From: Geosiphon pyriformis uo1
Lineage: Eukaryota > Fungi > Glomeromycota
Length of the DNA: 64,000 bases
Assembly: GCA_016748015.1 (NCBI GenBank)
Contig: JAAOMT010000352.1
Coordinates: 62,001 to 126,000 of the forward strand
Reading direction: 5' to 3'
Both the position numbers and the translations under genes were made by a program. Below, piece by piece: positions 1-11,740 of this stretch; within the stretch, counting starts at the first letter, position 1; every line of letters begins with the position of its first letter. The notes under the pieces were generated by a model. It ran no database searches. It was given only the letters and a program-made list of their open reading frames with translations, and was not told the DNA's origin.

Positions 1-1626
1 ATAAAAGCAAATCTTTTCATTCTTCTTGTAGACTAGTACCACTGGTGATGACTATGGACTCATTGATGATTAAATTAATTTATTGTCTAACATCTGATTG
101 ATTTTCTGTTAGATGATTTTATGGCTTGCTAGTAGTATTTTGTATGCTCATTGTTTGATTAACATTGCATTTCCAGTTTTGATCTAATGCTGAATGATAT
201 CAGTTCTACCAAATTCATTTTCACTGGCAAAAATATCAGTAAAATTGTTAAGTAGTATCTTAAGTTACATCTGTTGCAATAAGTCTAAGTTTCTCAAGTT
301 CATTTGTTCTAATTGTTTAGATTAAAACAAATAACATTTTTCTTATCTATATATTGCATGTGATATAATATTTACATATTTGCACAGTTGTAAAAAATCT
401 GGAATAGTATTTGGTAATTGGTCTTTAATTTTAGTGCTTAAATATCCAATGGTTGTTCCTTTTGGTATTTTAATAAGGTCTCCAGTTATGTTATAGATAG
501 AAATTTTAATGTGTTTATGGTTTTTGGCTGGTATATAGAAATTGGTAATTCCAATCTCTTCTAATTCACAAATAGTTGGTTCTGCTTCAAAAATCTGGAG
601 CTGATCTCTTATTTTTTTTTCTATTACTAATATGTACTAGTCATATGGTGGAATTGAAACTGATTGATGAATGAAGATAATTTCTCTCTTGTTAATAACT
701 TTTTTTTCTGTCATATTAACTAGTATATCTATCCTATTCATGAATTCAAATTCATTTATTCCTCTTGCTGCCATCTCTAACTTTTTTTTTTTTCTATTGA
801 CACTAATTAAGCTATTTTAATTAGAGACAGAAATATTGCCTATGCTATCTTTTTATTTGGCTTGATAGTATAAGCTTTTCCAGAATTATTTTGTAGTATT
901 ACAATAATATTTTTTACATATCCTGTGTCAATTATTTTTTCTTTTATATTAATCCCTTTTTTCACTAAACTATTTCTAAATACTAGCTGAATTATGATTG
1001 TTGTTAGAATTTCCAGTGCTATTTTTAGATCAATGCAAATGCACAAATGTGATTTCAATTTGATGGCATTTTTTTCTGGATATTGCAGATCAAATTCTGC
1101 ATCAGTATTATACATGCATTCTGGCATAATACTTTTATTATTATCACTGAACCATTTGAGTTCCTGCTTCTTGGAAAGATCAGGAAGTGCAATATATTGT
1201 TTTGAGCTTAAATCAGAGTTTGAATTGTCTTTGTTGTTGTTGTCATTTTGAACTAAACTGGAACTATTGTTATTATTGTTATTATCAGAGTTTGAATTGG
1301 AATTCGATTCCAATTCTGCAGTGCACTTGCTGATTGGTTTTTTTTCTTCTGGAATTATATAAATTATGTGTGGTGGTGGATTGTAAATAAAGTCACAATT
1401 ATTACAATATTGAAAGTTACAGAGAATTAAACAGTGGTTACATAAACAGGTATTAAACTGTTCTAAACATTGCTCTTGCTCTTTTCTAATGAGTGCTAAT
1501 TCTTGGTAGTGTTTGTGAAATTGTTTGGAATCTATCATGTTGAAAATAATATTAAAGTTTGGGATCCAAATACTTTCTTTGGGTTTTGGCAGATTATTTT
1601 TGATTTTTTTGATTTTTTTGGAGATT
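1..1626 (-). pseudogene. Element A pol segment: Cys-rich spacer, dUTPase, RT N-terminus
   Basis: ORF 840-1724 contains decayed dUTPase motifs (DAEFDLQY, RNSLVKKG, IIDTGYVKNI, KIA). Positions 1-70 translate SSMSP*SSPVVLVYKKNEKICF (RT start). Confidence 0.88.
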
Positions 1627-1698
1627 ATGCTATTACTCATAAAAAAAAACAGATATAGAAAATAGTAGACCAATAAGAGAGTAATAGTTAGCATATGA

Positions 1699-1885
1699 AC
1701 ATATTGCTCAGCAATATGGAGCAATGTCAGAAATTACAGTATACTGCTCAGCAATATGGAGCAATGTCAGAAGTTACAGCACATTGCTCAGCAATGTGGA
1801 GCAATATTAGAAAATTAGAGCATATTGCTTAGCAATGTGAGCATTGTTTAAGAAATCATAATACATTGCTCGGGAATGTGAGTGA
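1699..1885 (+). repeat. ~40-bp tandem repeat (about 5 units) in U3 of solo LTR S1, each with an internal palindrome acattgc-tca-gcaatgt
   Basis: Directly visible units such as catattgctcagcaatatggagcaatgtcagaaattacag. Confidence 0.85.
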
Positions 1886-2124
1886 TTTTGTAGAACATTA
1901 ATTATGTATATATAGCAGTAGCATTAGAAAAAGAAAAGACAGACATTTAGTTTAGATTTGATCTAAGCAACCTTCCATATTATAAATATCAATAAATAAT
2001 TATTTAATATCTCAAATTCACTCTACACTATCAACACTTTATGTTGATAGTAATTAATACTTAACCACACTAGAACAATAGCTTTTAATCACGGCTATTG
2101 ACAAGATACTAACATACAAATCAC

Positions 2125-2905
2125 TGTTATTCATAGAATATAGGAAGTATATTAGCATATAAATTAGCCAATCAGAAGTAGCCATAGTAAATATGGAATT
2201 CCAGAATTCCAAGATTCCTCTCAAAGGAATTGCAGAAATCCAGGAATCCCAGAATTCTTGGTGTGAAGAATTGAGGAATTGAGGAATCTCAATTATGTAT
2301 ATATATTGGTAGCATTAGAAGTAGAAAAAGCAGACCTCCCAGTTTAGATTTGATCTAAGCAATCTCTTATATCACAAATATTGAATAAATAATTATTCAC
2401 TATATCAAATCTACTCTTTACTATCAATGCTTTATATTGATAGTAATTGATACTTAACTACACTAAAACAATAGCTCTTAATCATGGCTATTGACGGGAT
2501 ACTAACTTTCATTGTCTTGGCTTATTTCTTTATTTTTTTTTATTTTTTTTATTTTTTTTATTTCTTTTGTTGTGTATTAATTAATTAAAGAATTAAAAGT
2601 GCTGAGTTATTAACATCAAGAATTGCCTGGTAAAAGATCTCTGCGAATGGGTAGAGCATATAAAGGAATTACAGATTACTTACCAGAGGAGTATTGACTA
2701 TCAAGCTAAAGAAAAAAATTGACAAAATTATGATTCTGGGAAGCTATGGGTAAACAACTATTGAATCTCTGTCCATTATACAAAAGACTTAACCAAAACC
2801 TTCAGATAACAATACCTTTAGATCACTATCATTGCGAATAGCTTCTGAATACCAAGTTACAGATTTGTTATTTGATTTTAAGACCCCTAATAATTACTTG
2901 TAACA
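2125..2905 (+). repeat. Element B 5' LTR (781 bp)
   Basis: tgttattcat...tgtaaca; direct repeat of 20145-20937; U3 contains ggaattcc/agaattcc motif arrays. Confidence 0.95.
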
Positions 2906-2907
2906 TT

Positions 2908-2923
2908 TGGTGCTCCCTATGAG
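2908..2923 (+). promoter_or_regulatory. Primer-binding site of element B (tggtgctccctatgag)
   Basis: Two nt after the LTR; begins TGG (complement of tRNA CCA); near-identical to the PBS of A, C, D, E and F. Confidence 0.88.
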
Positions 2924-5900
2924 ATATAATCCTACAGAGAACCAGTACCAACAATCATCATCCAAAAGTGGCAGAATCAAAAATCATAGGAGCAAATCAT
3001 TTAGAATTTGCCAAATCCTTGTTTCAACAATACAGTCAACAGTTAGGATTAAACCATAACCATTTCTCAGCAGAATCAGCCTTTAACTTTTACATTAACA
3101 ATAAAATCACAGACTGCTTAGGAAGAACAATTAACATTAAATCTACAAGAGAAAATTTCTATACAGAATTGTTTCAACATATCAGCTTACCAAGAAATTA
3201 CAGTTTTACACCAATCATTAGAGAAATCAATCAAATCATTGAAAGGTACACCCAATAAAAATTCCCCATCACCTACACAGACAAAGGCAAAGGAAGATTG
3301 TAAATACCAGCAATAACATTTAAAAAGATACAACCACCCACTTGGAAAAAGACCAAATTTGAATTACTAACCAATCTATCATATTATTATATACTAGAAA
3401 GTGCCATCAATATTTCCTCAGTAGACACATTCATATCAAATATGACATCAACCTTTGAACAATTTCCATTTTAAAGTAAACAAAAAAGAGCAGAATTATT
3501 AGGACTATATGGTGAATATTTTGAAAGATTTAAATTGCAATTACCAATGCCATTAGGATTTTGATCACTATTACTTCAACCAAATTTTGGAACTGCAAGT
3601 TCATAGAAAGTAATGGAATCAGAAAAAGAAAGTAAAGATTAGGAATTTACTTACCAAAACCTGATTTTAGAAAATCCAGAAGTTAAAACTTTGAACATTT
3701 AAACCCAGCAAACTCAAAACAATCCAAACTCTGAAACAATTAATTAGCAAAACTTACCTTCAGTAATTGTTATCAATTAGCTACCAATTGAACTGATTAT
3801 TGAACCAATTCAACAGCAGCCACTTCAGCAACCTATTTAACAACTTTAACTACCACAACAACAACAACAAATGACATACATACCAATTGCAAAACTGGAA
3901 AAATTTTCTGGCGAAGAAGATAATGCCCAAGCATGGATCAATAATGTTGTCAAAGTCATTACCACCAATAACTGAGATGACATTAGGACAATGCAAATCA
4001 TCCCATATTTTCTCAAGGATACTACTAACTTATAGTATCATAGCCTAGTTCAGAAACCCCAAAACTTTGATGCATTTAAATTAGAATTCCTAAGATACTT
4101 CAGTAATAATAACAGCATCAACCATCTGGCAAGTATCTTTATCACCATCAAACAGAGAGATATTGAAGCAGTCACTACTTACTTGGGATGTTTCTATCAA
4201 AATCTGCACCAAATACAAGCCATCAATGCTGATTATTTTATTACAGCCCAGATCCTGAATCAGTTTATTCATGAATTATGGAGTAGCATCTTGCAATACA
4301 TATGGCTACTACATCCAGTTAATTTACAAGATGCAGTCACATGTGCCAGAGATTTTGAATCAGCTGAATTAGAAGCTAATCACGTTCAAGCCATAAATTT
4401 AGTAATGAATGGATCATCTGACTTGGATTCCAAACTAAAGCAATTCAGTAATTCGATCAATCAGAAAATTGAGAGATATTTAGCTAACAATTATGCAATT
4501 TATCAACCACCATAATAATGCAATAATTTAAGAAACACAAATTGTTTTCAAAATTAGTCACATCCATTGTCATCATCCAATCAGCTGTGGCAGTCAGAGA
4601 TGCATGTCTGCCATAACTGTGGTAAACAAGACCATATCTAAGTTAACTGCCATTTTTATAGCAACATATGATCGAAAAATCAATATAGAAATTCTGATTG
4701 CAGATTTCAAATGCTGAATTAGTATGCAAATCAAGATCAATATCAATCCACTTATCTGTTAATGATGTAGCAGCCTATTTATTAACCATCTGTATATCAA
4801 CCTCCAGTTTATTAATTGCAGCTACAAGTAATATATCAACCATAGCCACCAGTAATTTATCAACCACAGCAACTTCAAATACTGCCCCAAAACCCTATCC
4901 AGATGACATTAAGAAACCCCAGATCTAGAGTCATCCAAAACTGAAGATCAATGATGGTGGTTTACCAACCGATCCCGAGTTTATTAAATTACCCATCAGG
5001 ATCATGCCAGTGGAGTTCAGGAGCTGGGTACACCCAAAACCTGTATTCTCAGAACTATTTAAGTCTCCTGGTAACCCCAGAAGATGTCCCATTCAGCAAC
5101 CAGAAAACCAATCACACTCTAACACCTACTAACAATATTCCACCAGCTACCATCACTAAAAATAAATCATTGGACACCATCTTCTTGTTTGAACTCAAAG
5201 AACTGTCAGTCATGCCATTATTTAGTAAAGCTGCTCTTGAAGAAAAACCTATTACCACCATGTACACTGATGTCAAAGTTGATGGCCACTTCATTAAACT
5301 GATCTTAGACAGTGAATCAGCTGGCAGCATCATCACAAAATAACTTATGGACCAATTAAGTCACTGAGTTGATCGAACTGCTAGCACACAAATCATCACT
5401 GCTAATAGAGTGACCAAGACTCCGATTGGCGAGATTGATGACTTTCCTATAAAAGTCAACAGCATTATTATGCCAATCAAGATATTAATCATGAAAATCA
5501 CTCAATACCAAGCACTTGTTTATAACAATTGGCTGTTCAAAACCAACACAACACTTGATTAGAACACACAAGAGCTTCAACTTAGCCAGAACGGTCAACA
5601 CATATGTATACCAGCCACGTGTGGTCATTTCAAGACTACCAACTTGTCAGCACTACTCATCAAGTTTGAGAAAGAAGAGAAAAAACCTATCTGGAAAGCC
5701 TATTAAGTGTTATGGATTAAAAATGACCACAACAAGTTACCACCAATACTCTTCTGGGATAACAATGAAAAAGAAAAACAAAAGAAAAAACTTACCTGAA
5801 ATGCTGACCAAGCCTAAGGAACTGACAATAACTTAAACAAATCATTAACTTGAAAATAGGAAGAGATTGACAAAGGAAAAAGAAAAAAGAAGGAAAAAGA

Positions 5901-6879
5901 AACAACACCCATCAGCACCACCACTTATAATTTCTATGTCTACACTACATCACAACAATACACTTATCACTGACCAAAACTCATATGCATTGATTGTGAC
6001 AAGAAATTGTCATCAATGAGCACATGCTGTGGTAATAATGAGGAATACCACACAGCAACAAGATTCTACTATTACCCATACATCATAGAACATTTTGAAT
6101 GACCGAAACAGTAAAAAAAATGGGACAACAAATCTTGTCTTGCTTGTGGAGAAATCCTATTGGACAAAGGAATGTGAAATAACATTCCTGAATAAGGAGA
6201 AACCTGTGATGAATCATGTCAGTACATAATTCTTATAAGTGACTGGATTAGGAAAGGAACACTAATAGAGACTGCTTAGAGAAGAGCTGTAAAATGTTTA
6301 AATAGATGTTCACATGATGACGACAAAATTTGGTGAATGGTTCTTGCCAAAATTGAAAGAATGTTACCAGAAGAAATAAGGATGATCAAAAACAACTCAC
6401 CAGAATTCATAGAACTTGACTGAGGCTCAAACTCAGATATTGTTCTAAAGCCTATGGATTCAGAACAATTTCATGAGCACTACCAAGAGTTGGCACTCAC
6501 TTGAGAAGAACAAGAGCAATAGTTAAAAGAAATAAACGCATGACTATGTGATCATTGTTTGATTCCATATAACTTTCAATATTGTAATAAGTGTGACCTC
6601 ACTTACAATCCACTACCACACATGATCTACACAATCCCAGAAGAAGATAAGCCAATTAGCAGCTGTACATCAGAAGCAGAATTGAATTTCAACCCTAATT
6701 CAAACTCCAACAATGATGACAACAAGAATAATAGTTCCAGCTCTATTCAAAATGACAATGAAAACAGCAATAATTTGTACTCCAATTTAAACCCTGAAAT
6801 ATACATTGTCTTTTCTAATCTATTCAAGAAACAGTAACTCAAATGGTTCAATGATAACAATGAAAACATCATGTCAGAA

Positions 6880-8245
6880 CAAATGCATAATACAGATGCA
6901 AAATTTGATTTAAGATATCTAGAAAAAGATACCATTAAATTGGAACCACATTTACACACATGCTGTTACTGAAGGTTTTTGGTCTCTTTTCTTAAATGTT
7001 GTTGATGCTTGTTTGCTGTGAATTCACGTTTTTTGGATGTGGTTGAACCTTCAATAACTGAATTTATCTTCAAATTATCTCCTATAATTTGGATTGCTAA
7101 GCTTATAAGTGGAATGGCCAATTCCATGCCAGTTATTTTATGTAGTTACATTGTAGTAAATGTCAACTCTTTTCCAGAAATTGCTCATCTGGAAGCTCAC
7201 TAAAATGTATAGTTACTTTGCTGTGAAAGTCAACTCTTCTACAGAAATCTTGTCTGTAGGCTACCCTAATGATTATAGTAAGAAAATAAAAAGAAAATAA
7301 AAAGATGTAAAAGAAATAGAATTCTGTCAAGGGAAACGTTTTCAATCTAGGCCTGGAGTCACTAACAGATTATTGAAATTGGTAGCTAATCAATTTCAAA
7401 ACTTTAGTTGGGTTTTGAGGATTTTCCAAGTGCAATAATTAAAGAATTTGGTTTTTTCGAATCATTTGATATTTATTTCTTTTTGTGTGTGTAAGAATGG
7501 TTCTAAGTAATAAATCTAAAGTAAGATACATTTTCTCGAAGAGAGAAGCTCTTCTTTTATACAACCTGTCATAACACTATTCTATGAACTTGAACTTTGC
7601 TATTTTTCTACAATTTTACTGAACTAAAGATACATTTCAGTGAATTACAAGTTATTTCTGCAAACTATTAGATATTTCGGTGAACTATCAATTATTTCAG
7701 CAAATTTCTATAAATTTCAGCAAACTTTTGAATGTTACATAGTTCGGGGTATTGCATAATTGATCATTGCAATTAGGTTACATTTGTGTTGTGTACAATT
7801 TGGATTATTAATTAAATGATAATTTCAGACATTTTTGCTAATGTAATAAGTGATAATTTGAAATGATAATATATGCTAATTAATGATAGGAATTATAAGA
7901 TAGTTTCATGCTAAATGATATCTCTAATTTTGTCTGGTAACAATGCATTGATCTCAAAATAGCACTGGAAATCCCAGCAACAACAATGGTTCAACTAGTA
8001 TCTAGAAGTAGTTTAGCAAAAAAAGAAATTAACATCAGAGAAGGAATAATTAATGCAGGATATGTAGGAAACATCATTGCAATGTTACAGAATGACTCTA
8101 AAAAGGCCTATATCATAGAGCCAAATAAAAAAATAGCACAGACAATATTTCTATGTCTGGTAAAAATAGCTCAGTTAGTGTTAGTAAGAAACAGAAAAGA
8201 ATTAAGGATTATGGCTAGGAAAATACAGAGTTTCAAATCCACAGA
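6880..8245 (+). pseudogene. Retroelement-encoded dUTPase domain, split by solo LTR S2
   Basis: Decayed motifs 1-5: DAKFDL (AGFDL), RSSLAK, GIINAGYVGNI, KIAQ, RKIQSFKST (RGxxGFGST). Confidence 0.88.
6964..7942 (-). mobile_element. Solo LTR S2 (979 bp) of a family seen only once in the window
   Basis: tgttac...gtaaca termini; TSD atgc at 6960-6963 and 7943-7946; dUTPase reads HTC|IDLKIAL across it. Orientation is inferred from a minus-strand TATAAAA near 7555. Confidence 0.9.
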
Positions 8246-11009
8246 TAGAATAGATGTATCAGTTAATATGGCAGAAAAAAAAATTATTGGCAAGAGAAAA
8301 ATTATTTCCACCCATCAACCAATTTCCATTCTATCATATGACCAGTACATAATAGTTATAAAGAAAAAAGTAAAAAATCAAGTTCAGATTTTTGAGACAG
8401 AAGCAACACTTTGTGAATCAGAGAAGATTGGATTAGTTAATCTATACATACCAGCTAAGAGCCACAGTCACATCAAAATTTCCATTTACAATAACACGAG
8501 AAACATTATCAAGATATCAGAAGAAACCACCATTGGATACTTAACCACTGAACTTGAAAACCAATTGCCAAACACCATTCCAGACTTTTCACAACTGTGC
8601 AAATATGTAAATATCACATTTCAAACCATATATGGATGGGAAAAATATTATCTGTTTCAACCAGAACAATTAGAACAAATAAACTTGGAAAACTTAGATC
8701 CACTACAACATATACAGCTTAAGATATTACTCAACTATTTCAATAACATTTTTGCCAGCAAAAATGAAATTGGCAGAACTGACATTATTCAACATCAAAT
8801 TAAGACTGGAGATGCAATGCCAATTAAACAGAGAGCATACAGAGTACCACCAGTTAGCCATAAAATCATTTATCAAGAAATTAATCAAATACTTAACAAT
8901 AGGTTAATTCAGTCATCAATAAACCCATGGTTGTCACCAGTGGTATTAGTCCATAAAAAAAATGGAAAAATCCACTTTTGTGTAGATTACTGGAAACTGA
9001 ATAGAATAACAAAAAAAGATAACTACTCAATTCCAAAGATCCAAGAACTGTTTGATGCTTTTGAAGAAAAGAAATGGTTCTCAACTTTAGACTTGAACAG
9101 TGGTTATTGACAAGTAGCCATAAAACCAAAAAACAAAGAGAAAATAGCTTTTACAACTCAGGAAGAAAATTTCAAATTTGAAGTGATGCCATTTGGCTTA
9201 ATAAATACTCCTGCCATATTTCAATGGCTAATGAAAATTGTTTATACTGGACTACTATGGAAATTAGTAATCGTATACTTAGATGACACCAATGTGTTCT
9301 CAAGAACATTTGATGATCATCTGCACCATTTTCAACAAGTATTTGAAAGACTTAGACAAGCAGAATTGAAATTAAATGCAAACAAATGTTTCTTTGGCAA
9401 AACTGAACTCAAGTTTTTAGAATATGTTGTGAGCAAAGATGGTATCAAAATGGATCCAGATAAGATTGAGATTGTTAAGAACTTTTCAGTACCAAATAAT
9501 TTCACAGAATTAAGAGCATTTTTAGGATTTGCTAGATACTACTGCCACTTTATTAAAGACTTTTCCAAAATAGCTCAACCACTACACCAACTTCAAACAA
9601 AGAACACCAAATATGAATGGACCAAATCTTAACAAAAAACTTTTAATACATTAAAAAAAAAGCTTATTCAAGCCCCAGTATTGATCTATTCAGATTATAG
9701 CAAGCCATTTATAATCACAACTGATGCATTTGGTTAAGCATTGGGAGCAGTACTATTGCAGAAAGGACTAGATGGTAGAGAACATCCAATAGCTTACACC
9801 AGTAGAAGCTTAAGTCTAGCTGAAAAGAACTATAGAACTCCAGTACTGGAACACTTAGCTATCTATTGGGCTGTCATTAAATTGAAAGAATATTTAAGTC
9901 AAAAGTTTGACATGTACACTGATCACAAAGAATTGACTTTAATCTAGAAACAAAAATTTGGAGACAATCATTATACCAGATGAAAAATAGAACTTTTATC
10001 ATTTAATTATACAGTATATTGCAAAAAAGGAAAAAAAAAACAGAAATGCTGATGGATTGTTGTGAATAAAACAAATCTAAAAACATTTTCAACCCAAAAA
10101 TATAACAAAAAGATGAATATACAAAAATACTAACAACTCTAACATTATATAAATACCCAATTTTTCAAGGAAAAATTATCTTAAAAAGAACAAAACAAAA
10201 TAAAACAGCAATCAAAATATTTTATCAATCATCAAAATATACTTTACTGAAAGAACAAAAGAAATCCAAATCAACCAATTAGAGTAATTACAGAACTGGA
10301 GAAAGAGACAATATTATTTAACATGTACTCAGATCCAACAGCAAAACATTTTCACAAAGAAGCAACCATAAAAAGAACCAGAAAAAGATACTATTGGCCA
10401 TCAATATATCCAAACATTATTCAATATGTTCAAAATTGTGATGCTTGTCAAAGAAGAGGTGGAACAAAACCCAATGAACCATTGAGACCAATCAAAGTAG
10501 AACAACCATTTGATTGTATTAGAATTGACTTAGTTGGACTATTAACAATCACCAACAGAGGCAACAGATATATTGCAGTAGCCATAAATTATCTCACAAA
10601 ATGGCCAGAAGGAAAAGCCATTTAAAAAGCAGATGCAGAATCCATTGTTAAATTTGTTCATCAAGATTTGATTTGTTGACATGGATGTCCAAAAAAACTA
10701 TTATCAGATCAAGAAACTCATTTTGTAAATAGAACATTGGCAGAATTAAGTCAAAGATTTGGAATAAAAAAACCATTATCATTACTATACCATCTACAAA
10801 CAAATGGGTTGGTTGAAAGGTTTAACAGAATATTGTGTGAAGCCATTGCCAAAATCAGCCAAAAAAACCAGGATGAATAGAATTTAATTATATCATCAGT
10901 ATTATTTGCTTATCGAACAATAAAGCAAGACACTACACAAGTAACACCATTCAAATTAATATACAGTAGAACAGCAACATTACCAATTGAGATAGAAGTT
11001 AAAACATAT

Positions 11010-11688
11010 TGTTATGGTTAAAACACATAGTTTTTATTAATTATCACATGTATTAGCCAATGATATCATATAATTAGCCACCCTATTTTTAGATAGTGAT
11101 CGTTGACCTGATCAATGACCTGACTGTTGACCTAATCATTGATCTGATTGTTGACCTGGTCATTGACCACTTTAAATAGCTATATAAGTGATGATTCCCT
11201 TAGCTGTAGAAAAACATGATCAAAGTAATAAAAATAAACAATATTAATTACTTCCTCTCATAATCACTTATTCCCCTTTTCTTACCTTCAAGTATCTACT
11301 TGTTGGCATTCACATACCTTATCTTTTTCCCTTCTTGATTTGTATTTGTTAGAATTAGCCTGAGAAGCAATTGGCTTGCTCTTGTAATTCATTGAATAAA
11401 GAAATGATTGAAAAGTACAACAATATCTGTTATTGATTCTAAGAATCGCTGAGTTGAGACATAAAATAATAGCAGCGGTGTTATCTTGTTGACAATTATG
11501 GACTATTCCTCTACCTTCAGATTTAAGAAAAGATTAGTGACTGCGATTTTTATAAGACTGATCATGCACATTGAATTTTTACTTATTCAATTCGCTCCCT
11601 TATTGTAATTTCTTCTTTGTTTATTTCTATCACCATACAATACTGTTCTCCCTTGCTATTCGTTAGCTTGTTACTCCAACCCGTAACA
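11010..11688 (+). repeat. Element C 5' LTR (679 bp; six 12-bp units)
   Basis: tgttatgg...cgtaaca; direct repeat of 18283-18997. Confidence 0.95.
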
Positions 11689-11694
11689 TAAAAG

Positions 11695-11711
11695 TGGTGC
11701 TCTCTGTGAGG
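11695..11711 (+). promoter_or_regulatory. Primer-binding site of element C (tggtgctctctgtgagg)
   Basis: Six nt (taaaag) after the LTR end; the same spacer is seen in copy D at 48141-48146. Confidence 0.88.
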
Positions 11712-11740
11712 TTGTTAAAATTCACTTATTCCCTCATTAT

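Larger units (their letters stand above)
2968..10080 (+). pseudogene. Element B single-frame gag-PR-dUTPase-RT-RNase H polyprotein (many premature stops; solo LTR at 6964-7942)
   Basis: CCHC knuckle CHNCGKQDHI*VNC at ~4610; protease LILDSESAGS at ~5300; dUTPase at ~6890-8245; RT SPVVLV...FCVDY, MPFGL, YLDD; RNase H TDA...GAVL...PIAYTSRSL...NADGL. ORF pieces at 2968, 4183, 4951 and 6559 share one frame, and those at 7986, 9183 and 9741 join it once the 983-nt insertion is removed. Confidence 0.92.

Noticed and set aside
1699-1885. CRISPR-like palindromic repeats
   Set aside because: The units are contiguous tandem copies without unique spacers, lie inside an LTR U3, and no cas genes are present.
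4698-4928. Overlapping alternative-frame and antisense ORFs within gag/pol and the GC island (e.g. 4698-4928, 5516-5836, 14158-14553, 51796-52020)
   Set aside because: These are shadows of the real frames with no recognisable motifs.
2968-10080. Alternative genetic code or stop readthrough explaining the many in-frame stops
   Set aside because: Stops fall at different positions in different copies and map to TGG, CAA, CAG or CGA codons through transitions; the island gene reads in the standard code.
11695-11711. tRNA genes
   Set aside because: Only 16-17 nt PBS complements are present, with no cloverleaf.
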